64,000 bases of DNA from Longimicrobiales bacterium (GCA_965219445.1 CBDCNQ010000004.1:704001-768000); one strand, 5' to 3'; shown: positions 30,045 through 40,427, counted from the first letter of the stretch. Numbers and translations: made by a program. Notes: a model not told the origin generated them from the sequence alone.

Positions 30045-32221
30045 GCAGCGGAACGATCAACGGCACCGAAGCCAGGACCCTGTCGCTCATGGGAGCGCTG
30101 GGAATCATCGGAGTGCTGGGACTCAGCGGGTGCGCCTCCATCCAGGAGACGGCGCTTCCCCAGCCGGTCTCTCCGCCCCCCACCGCCCCACCCCCCGCGC
30201 CTGTGCCGGGCGGCCTCCTCGCGGGGTTTGGTGCTCGAGACATCACACCACCGCCGGGCGTGGGGATGAATGCCTTCTCTGCCGACAGCCGGCAGGCGGC
30301 AGGCTTTCGGCAACGGCTGTACGCACGGGCGATCGTCTTAGAGGATGACTCGGGCGAGCGCGTCGCGTTGGTGGTCGCCGATCTCGGAATGGTCTCGCTC
30401 CTCCTCCATCGCAGAGTGGCCGATCGAACTCTTCGGTCAGGGACTGGGATCGGAGCCGACCGTCTGCTCCTCTCCGCGACCCACACGCATTCGGGTCCAG
30501 GGAATTTCTTCGCGGCCGACGGATACAACGCCAACGCCGGACGCTTCGCCGGCTTCGACCCCGTAGTCACGGATTTCCTGATCGATCGGATCGCCGGTGC
30601 GATCGAGGATGCGGCTTTGGATCTGCAACCCGCCCGAGCGGGTTGGCGCTTCGAGCCGGTCTGGGATTTCACGTTCAACCGGAGCTACGAAGCATATGAG
30701 CGGAACACGTCTCCGCGCGTGACAGTCAATCCCGTTGCGGCCCGCCCGTTGGATCAGCAGGCGGTCGACTCCACCTTCGTGCTCCTCCGCATAGATCGCT
30801 GCGACACTCAGTGGCAGAACTGCGCACCCCGCGGCGCTTACGGTGTGTTTCCCATTCACAGTAGTAACATCCCGGCCTCCAACAACCTCTTCGACTCAGA
30901 CATCCATGGCGTAATCGCACGGACGGTCGAGGACCATATCCGGGGGGTCCGGAGCGGTGGGGCAGGCCCGGCGGCGGCAGGTGTGATTGCCGGCGGCGAG
31001 GCTTTTTTCCTCCTCGCCCAGGGCGCCCACGGGGACGTGGGCGCGAACCTGCGGGACCCGGTTCCGTGCAGGTTATACCGCTTCCTACCGGAACGTCGGC
31101 CGGCCGGTCCCAGAACCCTCCCGGCTCCAGAAGCGTGGCGGGCACCGATGTCCGAGGTCGAATCCTGTCTCGACGAGACGCGGCTCGAGGTGGACTCTTT
31201 CGCGTCGGCCCTTGGAGCTCGCGCCACGGGAATCTTCGACCGTGCCGCTCCCGCTCTCTCATCGGACCTGTCTATCGGGCGCGCGTTCGCTTCCGTAGAC
31301 CTTCGAACCTACACCGGGCCGCACCAGACCTGTTGGCCGCCCCGAATGGGTGCCGCCGGGGTTGGTGGTGCGGAGAAGGGCTACATCCGGACATGGAAGC
31401 AGCGCTTGTTCTTCTTCAATATGAACTTCGACGAGGGCGGATCGGCCGCACGGGATACGCCCGACGGCTGCTTCGGGCATAAGAAAGTCCAGCTCCCCAT
31501 GTTGATCAAAGAATACACGCTACCTCAAGTTTTTCAGTTCGGCGTGTACAGGCTGGGTGATGTCCTGATGGGGTCAGTACCGGTAGAGCCGACGACCGAG
31601 GTCGGCGCTCTGATACGGGAAACCCTCCTCGTGAGCGCGCCGGACGGCGTCGAACGCGCCCTAGCGATCAGTCTGGCCAACGGCTACGCAAGCTACGTTG
31701 CCAGTGCCGAGGAATACGAGGCACAACACTACGAGGGAGGCTCGACGCTGTACGGGCCCAACACGGCCGAAATGATCGCGTACGAGTTGGGGCAGTTGGC
31801 CGCCAGCCTAAGTAGCGGGAGTCCGACCGTATCCGTGAACACCGCTCAGGCATTTCATGCGGAAAGCCCCAGTCATTTTTGGGCGCCCCGTCCGATTCCG
31901 GCGGAGTTCCCCCGAGAGGTACTCGACGGGGTCTGCAGTGCGGAGGAGGTTCGAATCCGATGGGCCGACCTCAGACCAGGCACGCTGGTCCCGGCGGACG
32001 CTCCGATCGTTCAGATCGAGCGTGAGAGCGCGGGCCAGTGGGAATTTCTGGCCGACGACGCGAATCCAGAGGTGCAGGTGCAGGCGGTCGAAGAGAGCGG
32101 CGCCGGCTACCTGTGGGAGGCACGCTGGGTGCCGAGGTCGGTCCCCACTGGGGGCTACCGACTCCGATTGCTCTCCCGTCAGGGGCTACCGGAGGTGGTG
32201 GGTTCCGACTGTAGAGTCTAG
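30029..32221 (+). CDS. Neutral/alkaline ceramidase-family lipoprotein
   Basis: Lipobox LSGC; DITPP, RLYARA, SATHTHSGP, NRS, PVEPTT, LANGYxxY, YEGGSTLYGP. Confidence 0.82.
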   Translation: MSRSVSSGTINGTEARTLSLMGALGIIGVLGLSGCASIQETALPQPVSPPPTAPPPAPVPGGLLAGFGARDITPPPGVGMNAFSADSRQAAGFRQRLYARAIVLEDDSGERVALVVADLGMVSLLLHRRVADRTLRSGTGIGADRLLLSATHTHSGPGNFFAADGYNANAGRFAGFDPVVTDFLIDRIAGAIEDAALDLQPARAGWRFEPVWDFTFNRSYEAYERNTSPRVTVNPVAARPLDQQAVDSTFVLLRIDRCDTQWQNCAPRGAYGVFPIHSSNIPASNNLFDSDIHGVIARTVEDHIRGVRSGGAGPAAAGVIAGGEAFFLLAQGAHGDVGANLRDPVPCRLYRFLPERRPAGPRTLPAPEAWRAPMSEVESCLDETRLEVDSFASALGARATGIFDRAAPALSSDLSIGRAFASVDLRTYTGPHQTCWPPRMGAAGVGGAEKGYIRTWKQRLFFFNMNFDEGGSAARDTPDGCFGHKKVQLPMLIKEYTLPQVFQFGVYRLGDVLMGSVPVEPTTEVGALIRETLLVSAPDGVERALAISLANGYASYVASAEEYEAQHYEGGSTLYGPNTAEMIAYELGQLAASLSSGSPTVSVNTAQAFHAESPSHFWAPRPIPAEFPREVLDGVCSAEEVRIRWADLRPGTLVPADAPIVQIERESAGQWEFLADDANPEVQVQAVEESGAGYLWEARWVPRSVPTGGYRLRLLSRQGLPEVVGSDCRV

Positions 32222-32270
32222 TGTGGTGTTGGCTCGCGAACTCTGGGACACCACACTCGTACCTGAGCGC

Positions 32271-33323
32271 TCAGATCCTTTCCACCGAATAGAGGTGGAG
32301 CGCCCCCACCCGTCCCCTGAGTTCCACGTCACCCACCGACCTAGCTTCCAGATGAGGCGGCAACTCGATCGCTCTGTAGACGAGCTCCGACACCAGGCAT
32401 TCGACTTCCAGCGCTTTGCACGCCGCCTCAACGCGGGCCGCCGTGTTCATCGTATCCCCGTGGAACGCCAGATCCCTTCTCGCCTCTCCGACCCAGGTCG
32501 TGACGACGTCGCCTCCGTGGATCCCCGCGCGGAGTCGAGGGACAGTATCGTACTTTCGGCGATATTCATCCTGCCGGCGCTCCAGCAGCTGGATCATGTC
32601 GAAGAAACACTGCACACAGGCAGCGGAGCGTGCACCTCTATGCATCCTCCAGGTCACGAGCACTGAATCTCCCGCGTGCTGATACACTTCCCCCCGCCAC
32701 GTGAGGATCGCCTCCGAGAGGTCGTAGAAACAGTCCCTCAGGAAACTGCTGTATGCCATATGACCCAGACGTTCGGCGATTCCGGTAGAGCCGATGACGT
32801 CCGCAAACAGGAAGATGCGGCTTTCCTCCACCGGGTAGTGGTACCGCCCCGTGAGGAGACGGCGGATCTCCCCCGGGTTGTGGAGCTTTCGCACTTGGAG
32901 GAACGAGGTCGTGATGGCTGCAGCGATGAAGGCGAAGATCAGATCTCTCCACAAACCGCCCTCGACAGCGTAAGCCGCGACGCTTTCTACAGGCCCCAGT
33001 TCGAGAACGATCGAACGATCGACCGCGTTCACGGTGATCAGCGCTGTGATCATCAGCAGCGTGTAGGCCCCGATGCGGACGACGCTGAGCCGCGGGAAGG
33101 CCATCGTGCGGCTCCAGCGTGGGAGGATGAACTCCTCCCCCACGCCGAGGCCGACACCGATAAGGATGCCGATCGCGACTCCCCGGAGAGCCGAAAAAAA
33201 GAGCTGCCGTTCGTCGAATTGGCCGATAACCGGTCCCAGGGCGGCGCCAATCACGGCCCCCCACAAAGTGAAGGCGGCGACCGTACGGAGCCGTTTTCTC
33301 GCCAGATTGTTCATATTCCTCAA
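32271..33323 (-). CDS. Membrane-anchored class III nucleotide cyclase
   Basis: About 4 N-terminal TM; FAD, QHAGDS, RAGIHGG, FHGDTMNTAARVE, LRG. Confidence 0.88.
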   Translation of the reverse strand: MRNMNNLARKRLRTVAAFTLWGAVIGAALGPVIGQFDERQLFFSALRGVAIGILIGVGLGVGEEFILPRWSRTMAFPRLSVVRIGAYTLLMITALITVNAVDRSIVLELGPVESVAAYAVEGGLWRDLIFAFIAAAITTSFLQVRKLHNPGEIRRLLTGRYHYPVEESRIFLFADVIGSTGIAERLGHMAYSSFLRDCFYDLSEAILTWRGEVYQHAGDSVLVTWRMHRGARSAACVQCFFDMIQLLERRQDEYRRKYDTVPRLRAGIHGGDVVTTWVGEARRDLAFHGDTMNTAARVEAACKALEVECLVSELVYRAIELPPHLEARSVGDVELRGRVGALHLYSVERI

Positions 33324-33585
33324 TCAGCGGTCCGGCGGTGTATCCCCCAGCCTAGTTCGCGCCACCCGCCCCGACGAGCATGATGACATGTCGAGGCGTG
33401 GAAGTCACGCACGGCCTGAACACCGCTAATTCCCTGGGATTCCATGCATATCGTTGTGTGGGCAGCCACATCTATTTCGGGATGTGCCGTCTACAGTTGG
33501 AACCTACAACCCTTGCGACGGGTTTCGTACATCCTGATCCGGCCGTTAATTTTTGTTTTTGATTCACCCCCCGCGGACACGATCG

Positions 33586-35508
33586 ATGCGACAACTTTCG
33601 GCCATCATGTTTACGGACATGGTAGGCTTCACGGCCCTGATGCAGGATGACGAACATCGGGCAAAGAGCGTCCGCGATCGACATCGTGACACGCTCCGCC
33701 AGTCGATCGAGAAGCACGGTGGTGAGATCATTCAGTTCTACGGGGACGGGACCCTCAGCGTCTTCGGAAGCGCCATCGACGCAGTGTCATCCGCCGTCGC
33801 CGCCCAACAGGCACTCCAACAGGAACCCTCGATCCCCGTCCGGATTGGACTCCACATCGGCGACATCGACCGGGACGAGGACGGCGTTTACGGTGACGGG
33901 GTCAACGTCGCCGCCCGCATCGAAGGACTATCGGCACCCGGCGCGGTCATGATCTCGGGCAAGGTCTTCGACGAGATCAAGAACCACCCGCATCTGCCCG
34001 CGACCGCGCTCGGTGAATTCGACCTGAAGAACGTGCGTCGTCCGGTCCGGGTCTTCGCGATCACAGCGCCGGGGCTCGTCGTTCCCGATGCCGAGTCGAT
34101 GGTCGCACGGACCGGACCACCCCAGAAAACGATCGCGGTGCTCCCCTTCGTCAATATGAGCGCCGATCCGGACAACGAGTTCTTCAGCGACGGGATTTCC
34201 GAGGAGTTGATCAATGCCCTGACGCGGGTGGAGGGCCTCCAGGTGACGGCCAGAACGTCGTCCTTCGCCTTCAGAGACAAGAACAAGGACGTTCGTGAGA
34301 TCGGACGGAAACTCGGTGTGAGCGCTGTGCTGGAGGGGAGCGTCCGCAAGGCCGGCAATCGGGTCCGCATCACGGCTCAGCTGATCGACACGCGTGACGG
34401 TTACCACATTTTTTCGAGCGTTTACGACCGAGTCCTGGAAGATATCTTCGAGACCCAGGATGAGATCACCCTCAAGATCGTCGACAAACTTCGGGCCACG
34501 TTGCCAGAGAACGGAGAGAAGCCCTCCTTGGTCCGGCCAGTGACCGAACATTCCGAGGCGTACCAGGCCTACCTCAAGGGGATGTACTGCTGGAATCAGT
34601 GGACACCCGATTCGGCGCGCCAGTCCATAGACCACTTTCAGCGCGCGATCGAGTTGGACCCCGAGTTCGCGCGGGCGTGGGGGGCGATGGCTCGTAGCCA
34701 TACGTATCTGGGGGCGATGGGTCGCTCAGCCCGGTGCGGGGAAGCCTACGGCTGTGCGTACGCGGCCGCGGAGAAAGCCATCGAGCTCGACTCTGAGATC
34801 GAAGACTCCCACGTCGCTCTGGGGCTCGTCCGGCTCTTCCACGACTGGGATCGCCCAGCCGCGGAGGCGTCGTTCCTCCGAGCGATGGCCATCAACCCGG
34901 ATTCGGTCGACGTGCTCCACGGCTATTCCCTCTACCTCCAAGCGGATGGACGGGCCGAGGAGGCGGTCGCCGTCCTCGAACGCGCCGCCATGCTCGATCC
35001 CCTCAACCTCCCGGTCCTCGACCACCTCGGGAGGGCACATGCGACGTGCAGGCAGTACGACGAGGCGCTGGCCCAATTCGACCGTGTCTTGGAGCTGGAC
35101 CCGGAGTTCCGGTCGGCCCACGAAGGGAAGGGTTGGACGTGTTTGTACATGGGTCGCTTAGACGACGCCATCGACACGTTCGAGCGAGTCCGCGATCTGA
35201 CGCCCCACCCCAAAGGCGGCATTACGCCGCTCGCCTACGCCCTGGGCGTGGCAGGTCGGGAGGCCGAAGCGGAGGAGCTCGTGGCGCTCATCAAGGAGCG
35301 AGAGCAGGAGGAGCCGGACGTGTCTCTCGACCTGGATCTAGCCGTAATTTTCTCGGGGATGGGAAGAGAGGAGCAGGCGCTGGACCGGCTTCGTCGGGCC
35401 GCCGACAAACGCGTCGGATCTCTCATCTTTCTGCGTAACTGGCCTTTGTGGGAGCGTCTGAGGCAGATGAGCGGTGTCGAGGAGTTCATGGAGGAACAGG
35501 GGCTTTAG
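33586..35508 (+). CDS. Class III nucleotide cyclase + TolB-like N domain + TPR repeats
   Basis: IMFTD, GDG, RIGLHIGD, GDGVNVAAR; IAVLPFVNMS...LEGSVR; TPRs; start ATG 33586. Confidence 0.88.
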   Translation: MRQLSAIMFTDMVGFTALMQDDEHRAKSVRDRHRDTLRQSIEKHGGEIIQFYGDGTLSVFGSAIDAVSSAVAAQQALQQEPSIPVRIGLHIGDIDRDEDGVYGDGVNVAARIEGLSAPGAVMISGKVFDEIKNHPHLPATALGEFDLKNVRRPVRVFAITAPGLVVPDAESMVARTGPPQKTIAVLPFVNMSADPDNEFFSDGISEELINALTRVEGLQVTARTSSFAFRDKNKDVREIGRKLGVSAVLEGSVRKAGNRVRITAQLIDTRDGYHIFSSVYDRVLEDIFETQDEITLKIVDKLRATLPENGEKPSLVRPVTEHSEAYQAYLKGMYCWNQWTPDSARQSIDHFQRAIELDPEFARAWGAMARSHTYLGAMGRSARCGEAYGCAYAAAEKAIELDSEIEDSHVALGLVRLFHDWDRPAAEASFLRAMAINPDSVDVLHGYSLYLQADGRAEEAVAVLERAAMLDPLNLPVLDHLGRAHATCRQYDEALAQFDRVLELDPEFRSAHEGKGWTCLYMGRLDDAIDTFERVRDLTPHPKGGITPLAYALGVAGREAEAEELVALIKEREQEEPDVSLDLDLAVIFSGMGREEQALDRLRRAADKRVGSLIFLRNWPLWERLRQMSGVEEFMEEQGL

Positions 35509-37476
35509 ACGCTCGGACCTATCTTTCGCAGGAGATCTTGAAAGCGCGGATCCTCGCGCAACCCCCCCCCATCCACGGACAGACGTACCCACAAAAAGCA
35601 GCGAACTGTCCCGCGCCTCGATGCCCTTGTCCAGGTGTCGAAACGCCTCGTCGAACTCCCCGAGACCGGCATGCACAAGCGCCAACTCGAAGCTCACATG
35701 CACCCCTCGACCGTCCGCCTGCCATTGTCGAAGTTCCTCCAAACACTCCCGTGCATCGTCGACGCGCCCCGCCACGCCATACGCGAATCCCAGGGACCCC
35801 AGAGCCTTCTCATGTCCGGGGTTCGCGATATGCAGAGAGCGGAACGTGTCTATGGCGGTGGGCAGATCGCCGCAGTGCAGCTGGAGCCACCCGCGGCCCT
35901 CTAACGCCCGGAAGAAGTCAGGGTCTAAGTCGAGCGTGCGTTCGAACTGATCGACCGCGTCGTCGAATCGGCCGACAGACGTGTAGTCGTTCGCGAGTGC
36001 GTTGCTGTAGAGAGAGGAAAGAGGGTCAAGTCTGGTTGCCGTCTCCAAGGCCGCGATCGCCCCATCCAAGTCACCGCCCGCACGTAGAATGAAGGCATGA
36101 TCATAGTGAAGCTGTGCGGACCCTGGATTTCGGGCGAGGGCCTTCCGCATAGCCACGTCCGCAGCCTCGATATCCCAGTCGATGATCAGTTTGATGTCGG
36201 CCAGGGCCGCAGGACCTTCGCTGCCCCCGGGATCCAATTCCTCGGCCCGGGCCGCGGCTTCACGGGCAGGTCCGACGCCTTTGTCTTTACTCATGTGTCC
36301 CAACACGAGGAGAAAGGCGTACGCGTACGCGAGACCTCCATAGGCCGCAGCGAAGTCCGGATCACGTGCTACTGCTCGCTCGAAATAATCCAGAGCTCGT
36401 TCGGCGCTGGGACGGCTCCATTGATTCATGAAGAACCGTCCACGCAGATAAAGGTTGTACGTCTCGGGGTCCTTGGTCCGCGATCGCTCGAGGGACCCCC
36501 CAGCCTTCCCTGGTAGGGAGGTCCGAAGTTTTTCGGTGATCTTCAGCGCGATCTCATCCTGGGTCTCGAAGACGTCCTCCAGGATCCGGTCGTATACATC
36601 GGAAAAGACGTGATAACCCGTGTCGGTATTGATGAGCTGAGCGGTGATCCGGACCCGCCCACCCGCCTTACGGACACTTCCCTCGAGGACGTGACCGACG
36701 TTCAGCATGGATCCAACCTGGCGGATGTCCGCCCCCTTCCCTTTGAAGGCGAACGAGGACGTGCGAGCCGTCACCTGAAGTCCCTCAACACGCGTCAGCG
36801 AATTGATGATCTCCTCGGCGATACCATCGCTGAAATATTCGTTTTCGGGGTCCGCACTCATGTTGATGAAAGGGAGTACCGCGATGCTCTTCGGCCCCGC
36901 AGCAGCGGCGGTGGCCGGTCCATCCGCGTGCCGGAGTCGTGTCGACTCGCCGAGTTGCGGTGAGGGAGGACCATCTTCACCAGCCACCTTGAACACCGCG
37001 ACGCGCGTACTCACGTTCTTGAGATCGAAGCGGCCGAGGGACTCGATGAACATCCCCGGCTGGTTCTTGACGTCGTCGAAAACCTTCCCGGAAATAAAGA
37101 CTTCCCCCGGCGGGCACAGATTTTGAACTCGGGAAGCTACGTTGACACCGTCTCCGTATACTCCCTGGTCCTCTCTCACGACGTCCCCGGTATGGATCCC
37201 GATCCGCAGGGGCAACACAGGAGGACCGGACAGGGTTTCTTGGATCTCGAGAGCGCAGCGCACGGCCTGGATAGCGCTGGTGAATATGCTCAGGCTGCCA
37301 TCGCCATAGTGCTCCAGCAACTCGCCCCCGTGGAGGCCCAAAGTGTCCGTCAACACGATGCGGTGCCGATCGCGGACCTCGCGTGCCTTCTGCTCATCAC
37401 GCTGCATCAGGGCCGTGTACCCGGCCACGTCGGTGAACATGATGGCAGCGAGGTGCCGTGTCTGCTTTTCGACCAT
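35505..37476 (-). CDS. Class III nucleotide cyclase + TolB-like N domain + TPR repeats; +1 frameshift in G9 tract near the C-terminus
   Basis: Paralog of 33586-35508; removing one G at 35562-35570 restores ...WGGLREDPRFQDLLRKIGPSV* with stop at 35505. Confidence 0.85.
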
Positions 37477-37667
37477 GGCGATCTTTTCGCTCGGGCCGGA
37501 GGGTCATGTCTCCGGCGTCCGGCACATCCGGTACGGCTAAGGCCTAGCTCGGCCGACCACCGATTGCGCTACAGCATTCCTGCACGCCAGACAATAGGGC
37601 ATACCGAATCGGTGGGCCAGATTTCAAGAACAGGCGAACTTCCCTTGGGTCCGAGGCGCGCCGGCCC

Positions 37668-38075
37668 CTACGGCCTGGCCCGCATGTACTTGACGAGTCG
37701 CTGCCGCCCCACCTCACCCGCGTAGATGTTGCCTTGGAAATCGACACCCAGAAACTCCACACCGGTTCCAGTCGGGGTCTCCGAGTCGGGGATGAACGAC
37801 GTCACCCAGCCGGACTCCGCATCTCCGATCCTGATTCCCCTCTCCCACCCGGGATTCCAGTTAGCGTCGGACATCCCGTAGCCGGCGTAGATGATGTCCT
37901 CGGTGTCCACGAACACCACGCTCGGCCGCCCGAACTGCGCCCACACCGACAGGAGGTTGCCATCCTGGTCGAAACTCTGGATCCGATTGTTCCCCCGATC
38001 CGCGACAATGACCCGACCTCGACTATCCATCGTGATATCGTGCGGATCGTTGAATTTGCCTGGATCTCCGCTACT
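37668..38075 (-). pseudogene. 5'-truncated NHL-repeat (beta-propeller) gene remnant
   Basis: GDPGKFNDPHDITMDSRGRVIVADRGNNRIQ; in-frame stop just upstream; no signal peptide or earlier blades. Confidence 0.7.
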
Positions 38076-38088
38076 TCACCGTCCCTCT

Positions 38089-38817
38089 CTAGATTCTCTC
38101 CAAGACCCAGCCCGGCGTAAACCTGGTAAGGTACGTGCTCAAAATCGTGAAGGAACCCGACATGAGGAGGAGACCCAGAACGATGAGCATGACTCCGGAT
38201 GCCTTCTCGACTGCTGGCAAAAACCGGCGGAACCGGGAGAATACGCCGAGAAACCAGTCCAGGGCAAGCGCGGAAATCAAGAATGGGATGGCCAGCCCCA
38301 AGGAGTAAACGCTCAAGAGGCTCACACCCGCCCATACCGTATCCTGAGTCCCGGCCAGAGTCAGGATCGCTCCCAGAACGGGGCCGATGCAGGGCGTCCA
38401 GCCGGCCCCGAAGGCCGCCCCCACTCCTACCGTTCCCAGATATCCGGCGGGCCTGTCGCTCAAATGGACTCTGCGCTCACGCATCAGCGGTGCGATCCTG
38501 AAGACTCCCGTGAGGTGAAGGCCGAGTACGACGATGAGGGCACCCCCGATCCGGGCGATCCAGACCTCGTAGTATCGCAGGAATGCGCCAAGAAAAGACG
38601 CCGAGGCGCCCAATGTGACAAAGATGATGCTGAAGCCCGTCACGAAGAGGAGCGAGTGCATGAGCGTCGCCTTGCGGTCGACACCCTCCTGGAGATCCTC
38701 CAGGCTCATCCCAGTAACAAACGACAGATAACTGGGCACCAGAGGTAGGACGCACGGCGACAGGAACGAGAGCACCCCTGCCGTCAATGCGACCAAGAGA
38801 CCGACAGACTCGTTCAT
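38089..38817 (-). CDS. ccdA: Cytochrome c biogenesis protein CcdA
   Basis: LSFLSPCVLPLVP and FGAGWTPCIGPVL; start at ATG 38817. Confidence 0.92.
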   Translation of the reverse strand: MNESVGLLVALTAGVLSFLSPCVLPLVPSYLSFVTGMSLEDLQEGVDRKATLMHSLLFVTGFSIIFVTLGASASFLGAFLRYYEVWIARIGGALIVVLGLHLTGVFRIAPLMRERRVHLSDRPAGYLGTVGVGAAFGAGWTPCIGPVLGAILTLAGTQDTVWAGVSLLSVYSLGLAIPFLISALALDWFLGVFSRFRRFLPAVEKASGVMLIVLGLLLMSGSFTILSTYLTRFTPGWVLERI

Positions 38818-38824
38818 CCTCCAC

Positions 38825-40396
38825 TCAATTCCTTTCGTCTTTTGAGTCAGGTGGGTCCGGCTCCAGGGCACGAAAACGGTGCCACAGAGCTCGAAACCCC
38901 ATCACGATACCGAGCCAGGCAAGCACCAAAGCTAACGCCCAGCCGAACACGAAAGGAAAGAAGCCGACGACGACGGCGGCGGAGATCGCGATAATTGCGA
39001 CCGTCCCGAGGATCGCCCGATCCTCTCGGCCCAGCGTGCGGTGGCCGGCCAGGGCGTCGCTGAACGATACGCCCGCCCGCACCAACTGGGGGAGCCGCCA
39101 CGGTCTCGACACGGTCTCTCGGTCCATCATTGCTTCTAAGCGCTCCGTGAGCCTACCCTCGGGTTCCAGCGGCGTCGCCGGTAGTCCTTGAAGCGTGGGC
39201 AGCGGCTCCGCGGGTACAGCCGCATGTGTACGACGGCGTCCCGGAAGTACGATTTCTGAAGAGGATGCCAGGTCGGCCAGAAAGATCCCCTCCAGCTGCC
39301 CCGCTAACGACGCATCCAAAACGCCCACGTCCACCTCCCAGTTCCCTAGAAGACTCCACGCATTGAGGTTGCTCGATCCCACCCTGCTCCAGAGTCCATC
39401 TGCGACGGAGGTCTTGGCGTGAATCATCCCGCCTTGCCATTCGAAGAGTCGCACGCCTTGTTCGAGCAGGTATCGATAGCCTGCGCGCGAAAGCGTCCCG
39501 ACCAAGGGCCAATTGTTGTTGGCCGGGACGAGCACCCGGACGTCGACCCCGGACTGGGCCGCCTCGGCCATCGCCTCGGCCACCGCCCCGGGTGCAACGA
39601 AGTAGGGGTCCGTGATCCACAAGCGCTCCTGTACCATGGCCGCCACTAGCGCCACGGTCCGGAGGACACGGCTTCGCCCTGGCTCGCCTTCGATGAGCCA
39701 CACCGGCGTATCCCCCAGCGGACTCGCCTCCTCGTCCGCGAAGTCTCTCGGGAGGGGATCACCCATCACATCCCAGATTCGGCCGAATGCCCTGCTGGCC
39801 GCCGACACGGCGGGTCCCCGAATCTCGATGCCGGTGTCACGCCAAGGGGGGTTGTTTGCGGTGCCCGCCCACTCCTGGCCGATACAGAACCCCCCAGCGA
39901 ACGCAACCTCTCCGTCCACGACCACGAGCTTCCGGTGATCCCGCTGGAACACGCCATACGGATCTCGGAGGGAGGGTCGGTTGAAAGCGCGCACCTCAAC
40001 CCCCGCCCGGCGGAACGGCCGCCAATATCGTCGGGGTGTCGCCCAGCACCCCACCCAATCATATAGCAGCCGCACCTCAACCCCTTGCTGAGCCTTCTCT
40101 ACAAGAACATCCCTGAACGCCCGGCCCACCGCATCGTTCCGAAGGATGTAGTTCTCGAAATGGACGTATCGCTTTGCCCTCGCGATCGCCTCAAGCCATG
40201 CGTTGAGCGTGGCGGGTCCGTCGAACTGGAGGGAAATCAAGTTGCCCGGGATTTCAGGAGAGCCGGTCGCTCGCTCGAGCGCCTCCCTCGTCAGACCTCC
40301 GAGACCGCCCTCGCGAGCCGGAAGAAGCTCGGGGGAGGGCGACGGTGGGAGGCTGGCCCTCAGGGCCGAGATCGAGCGCTTCTCGGTGGAAGTCAT
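38825..40396 (-). CDS. cls: Cardiolipin synthase / phospholipase D family protein
   Basis: Two HKD motifs (HRKLVVVD, HAKTSVAD), WRDT, GSSN; two C-terminal TM helices. Confidence 0.85.
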   Translation of the reverse strand: MTSTEKRSISALRASLPPSPSPELLPAREGGLGGLTREALERATGSPEIPGNLISLQFDGPATLNAWLEAIARAKRYVHFENYILRNDAVGRAFRDVLVEKAQQGVEVRLLYDWVGCWATPRRYWRPFRRAGVEVRAFNRPSLRDPYGVFQRDHRKLVVVDGEVAFAGGFCIGQEWAGTANNPPWRDTGIEIRGPAVSAASRAFGRIWDVMGDPLPRDFADEEASPLGDTPVWLIEGEPGRSRVLRTVALVAAMVQERLWITDPYFVAPGAVAEAMAEAAQSGVDVRVLVPANNNWPLVGTLSRAGYRYLLEQGVRLFEWQGGMIHAKTSVADGLWSRVGSSNLNAWSLLGNWEVDVGVLDASLAGQLEGIFLADLASSSEIVLPGRRRTHAAVPAEPLPTLQGLPATPLEPEGRLTERLEAMMDRETVSRPWRLPQLVRAGVSFSDALAGHRTLGREDRAILGTVAIIAISAAVVVGFFPFVFGWALALVLAWLGIVMGFRALWHRFRALEPDPPDSKDERN

Positions 40397-40427
40397 CGCA
40401 ACACAGTTCGTGTCACCCGCCGGGCCC

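Noticed and set aside
25524..37476. Calling this a canonical Pycsar defence system
   Set aside because: No PycC-like cyclase is adjacent to the effector; the cyclases are 6 kb or more away and have common signalling architectures; kept only as a hypothesis
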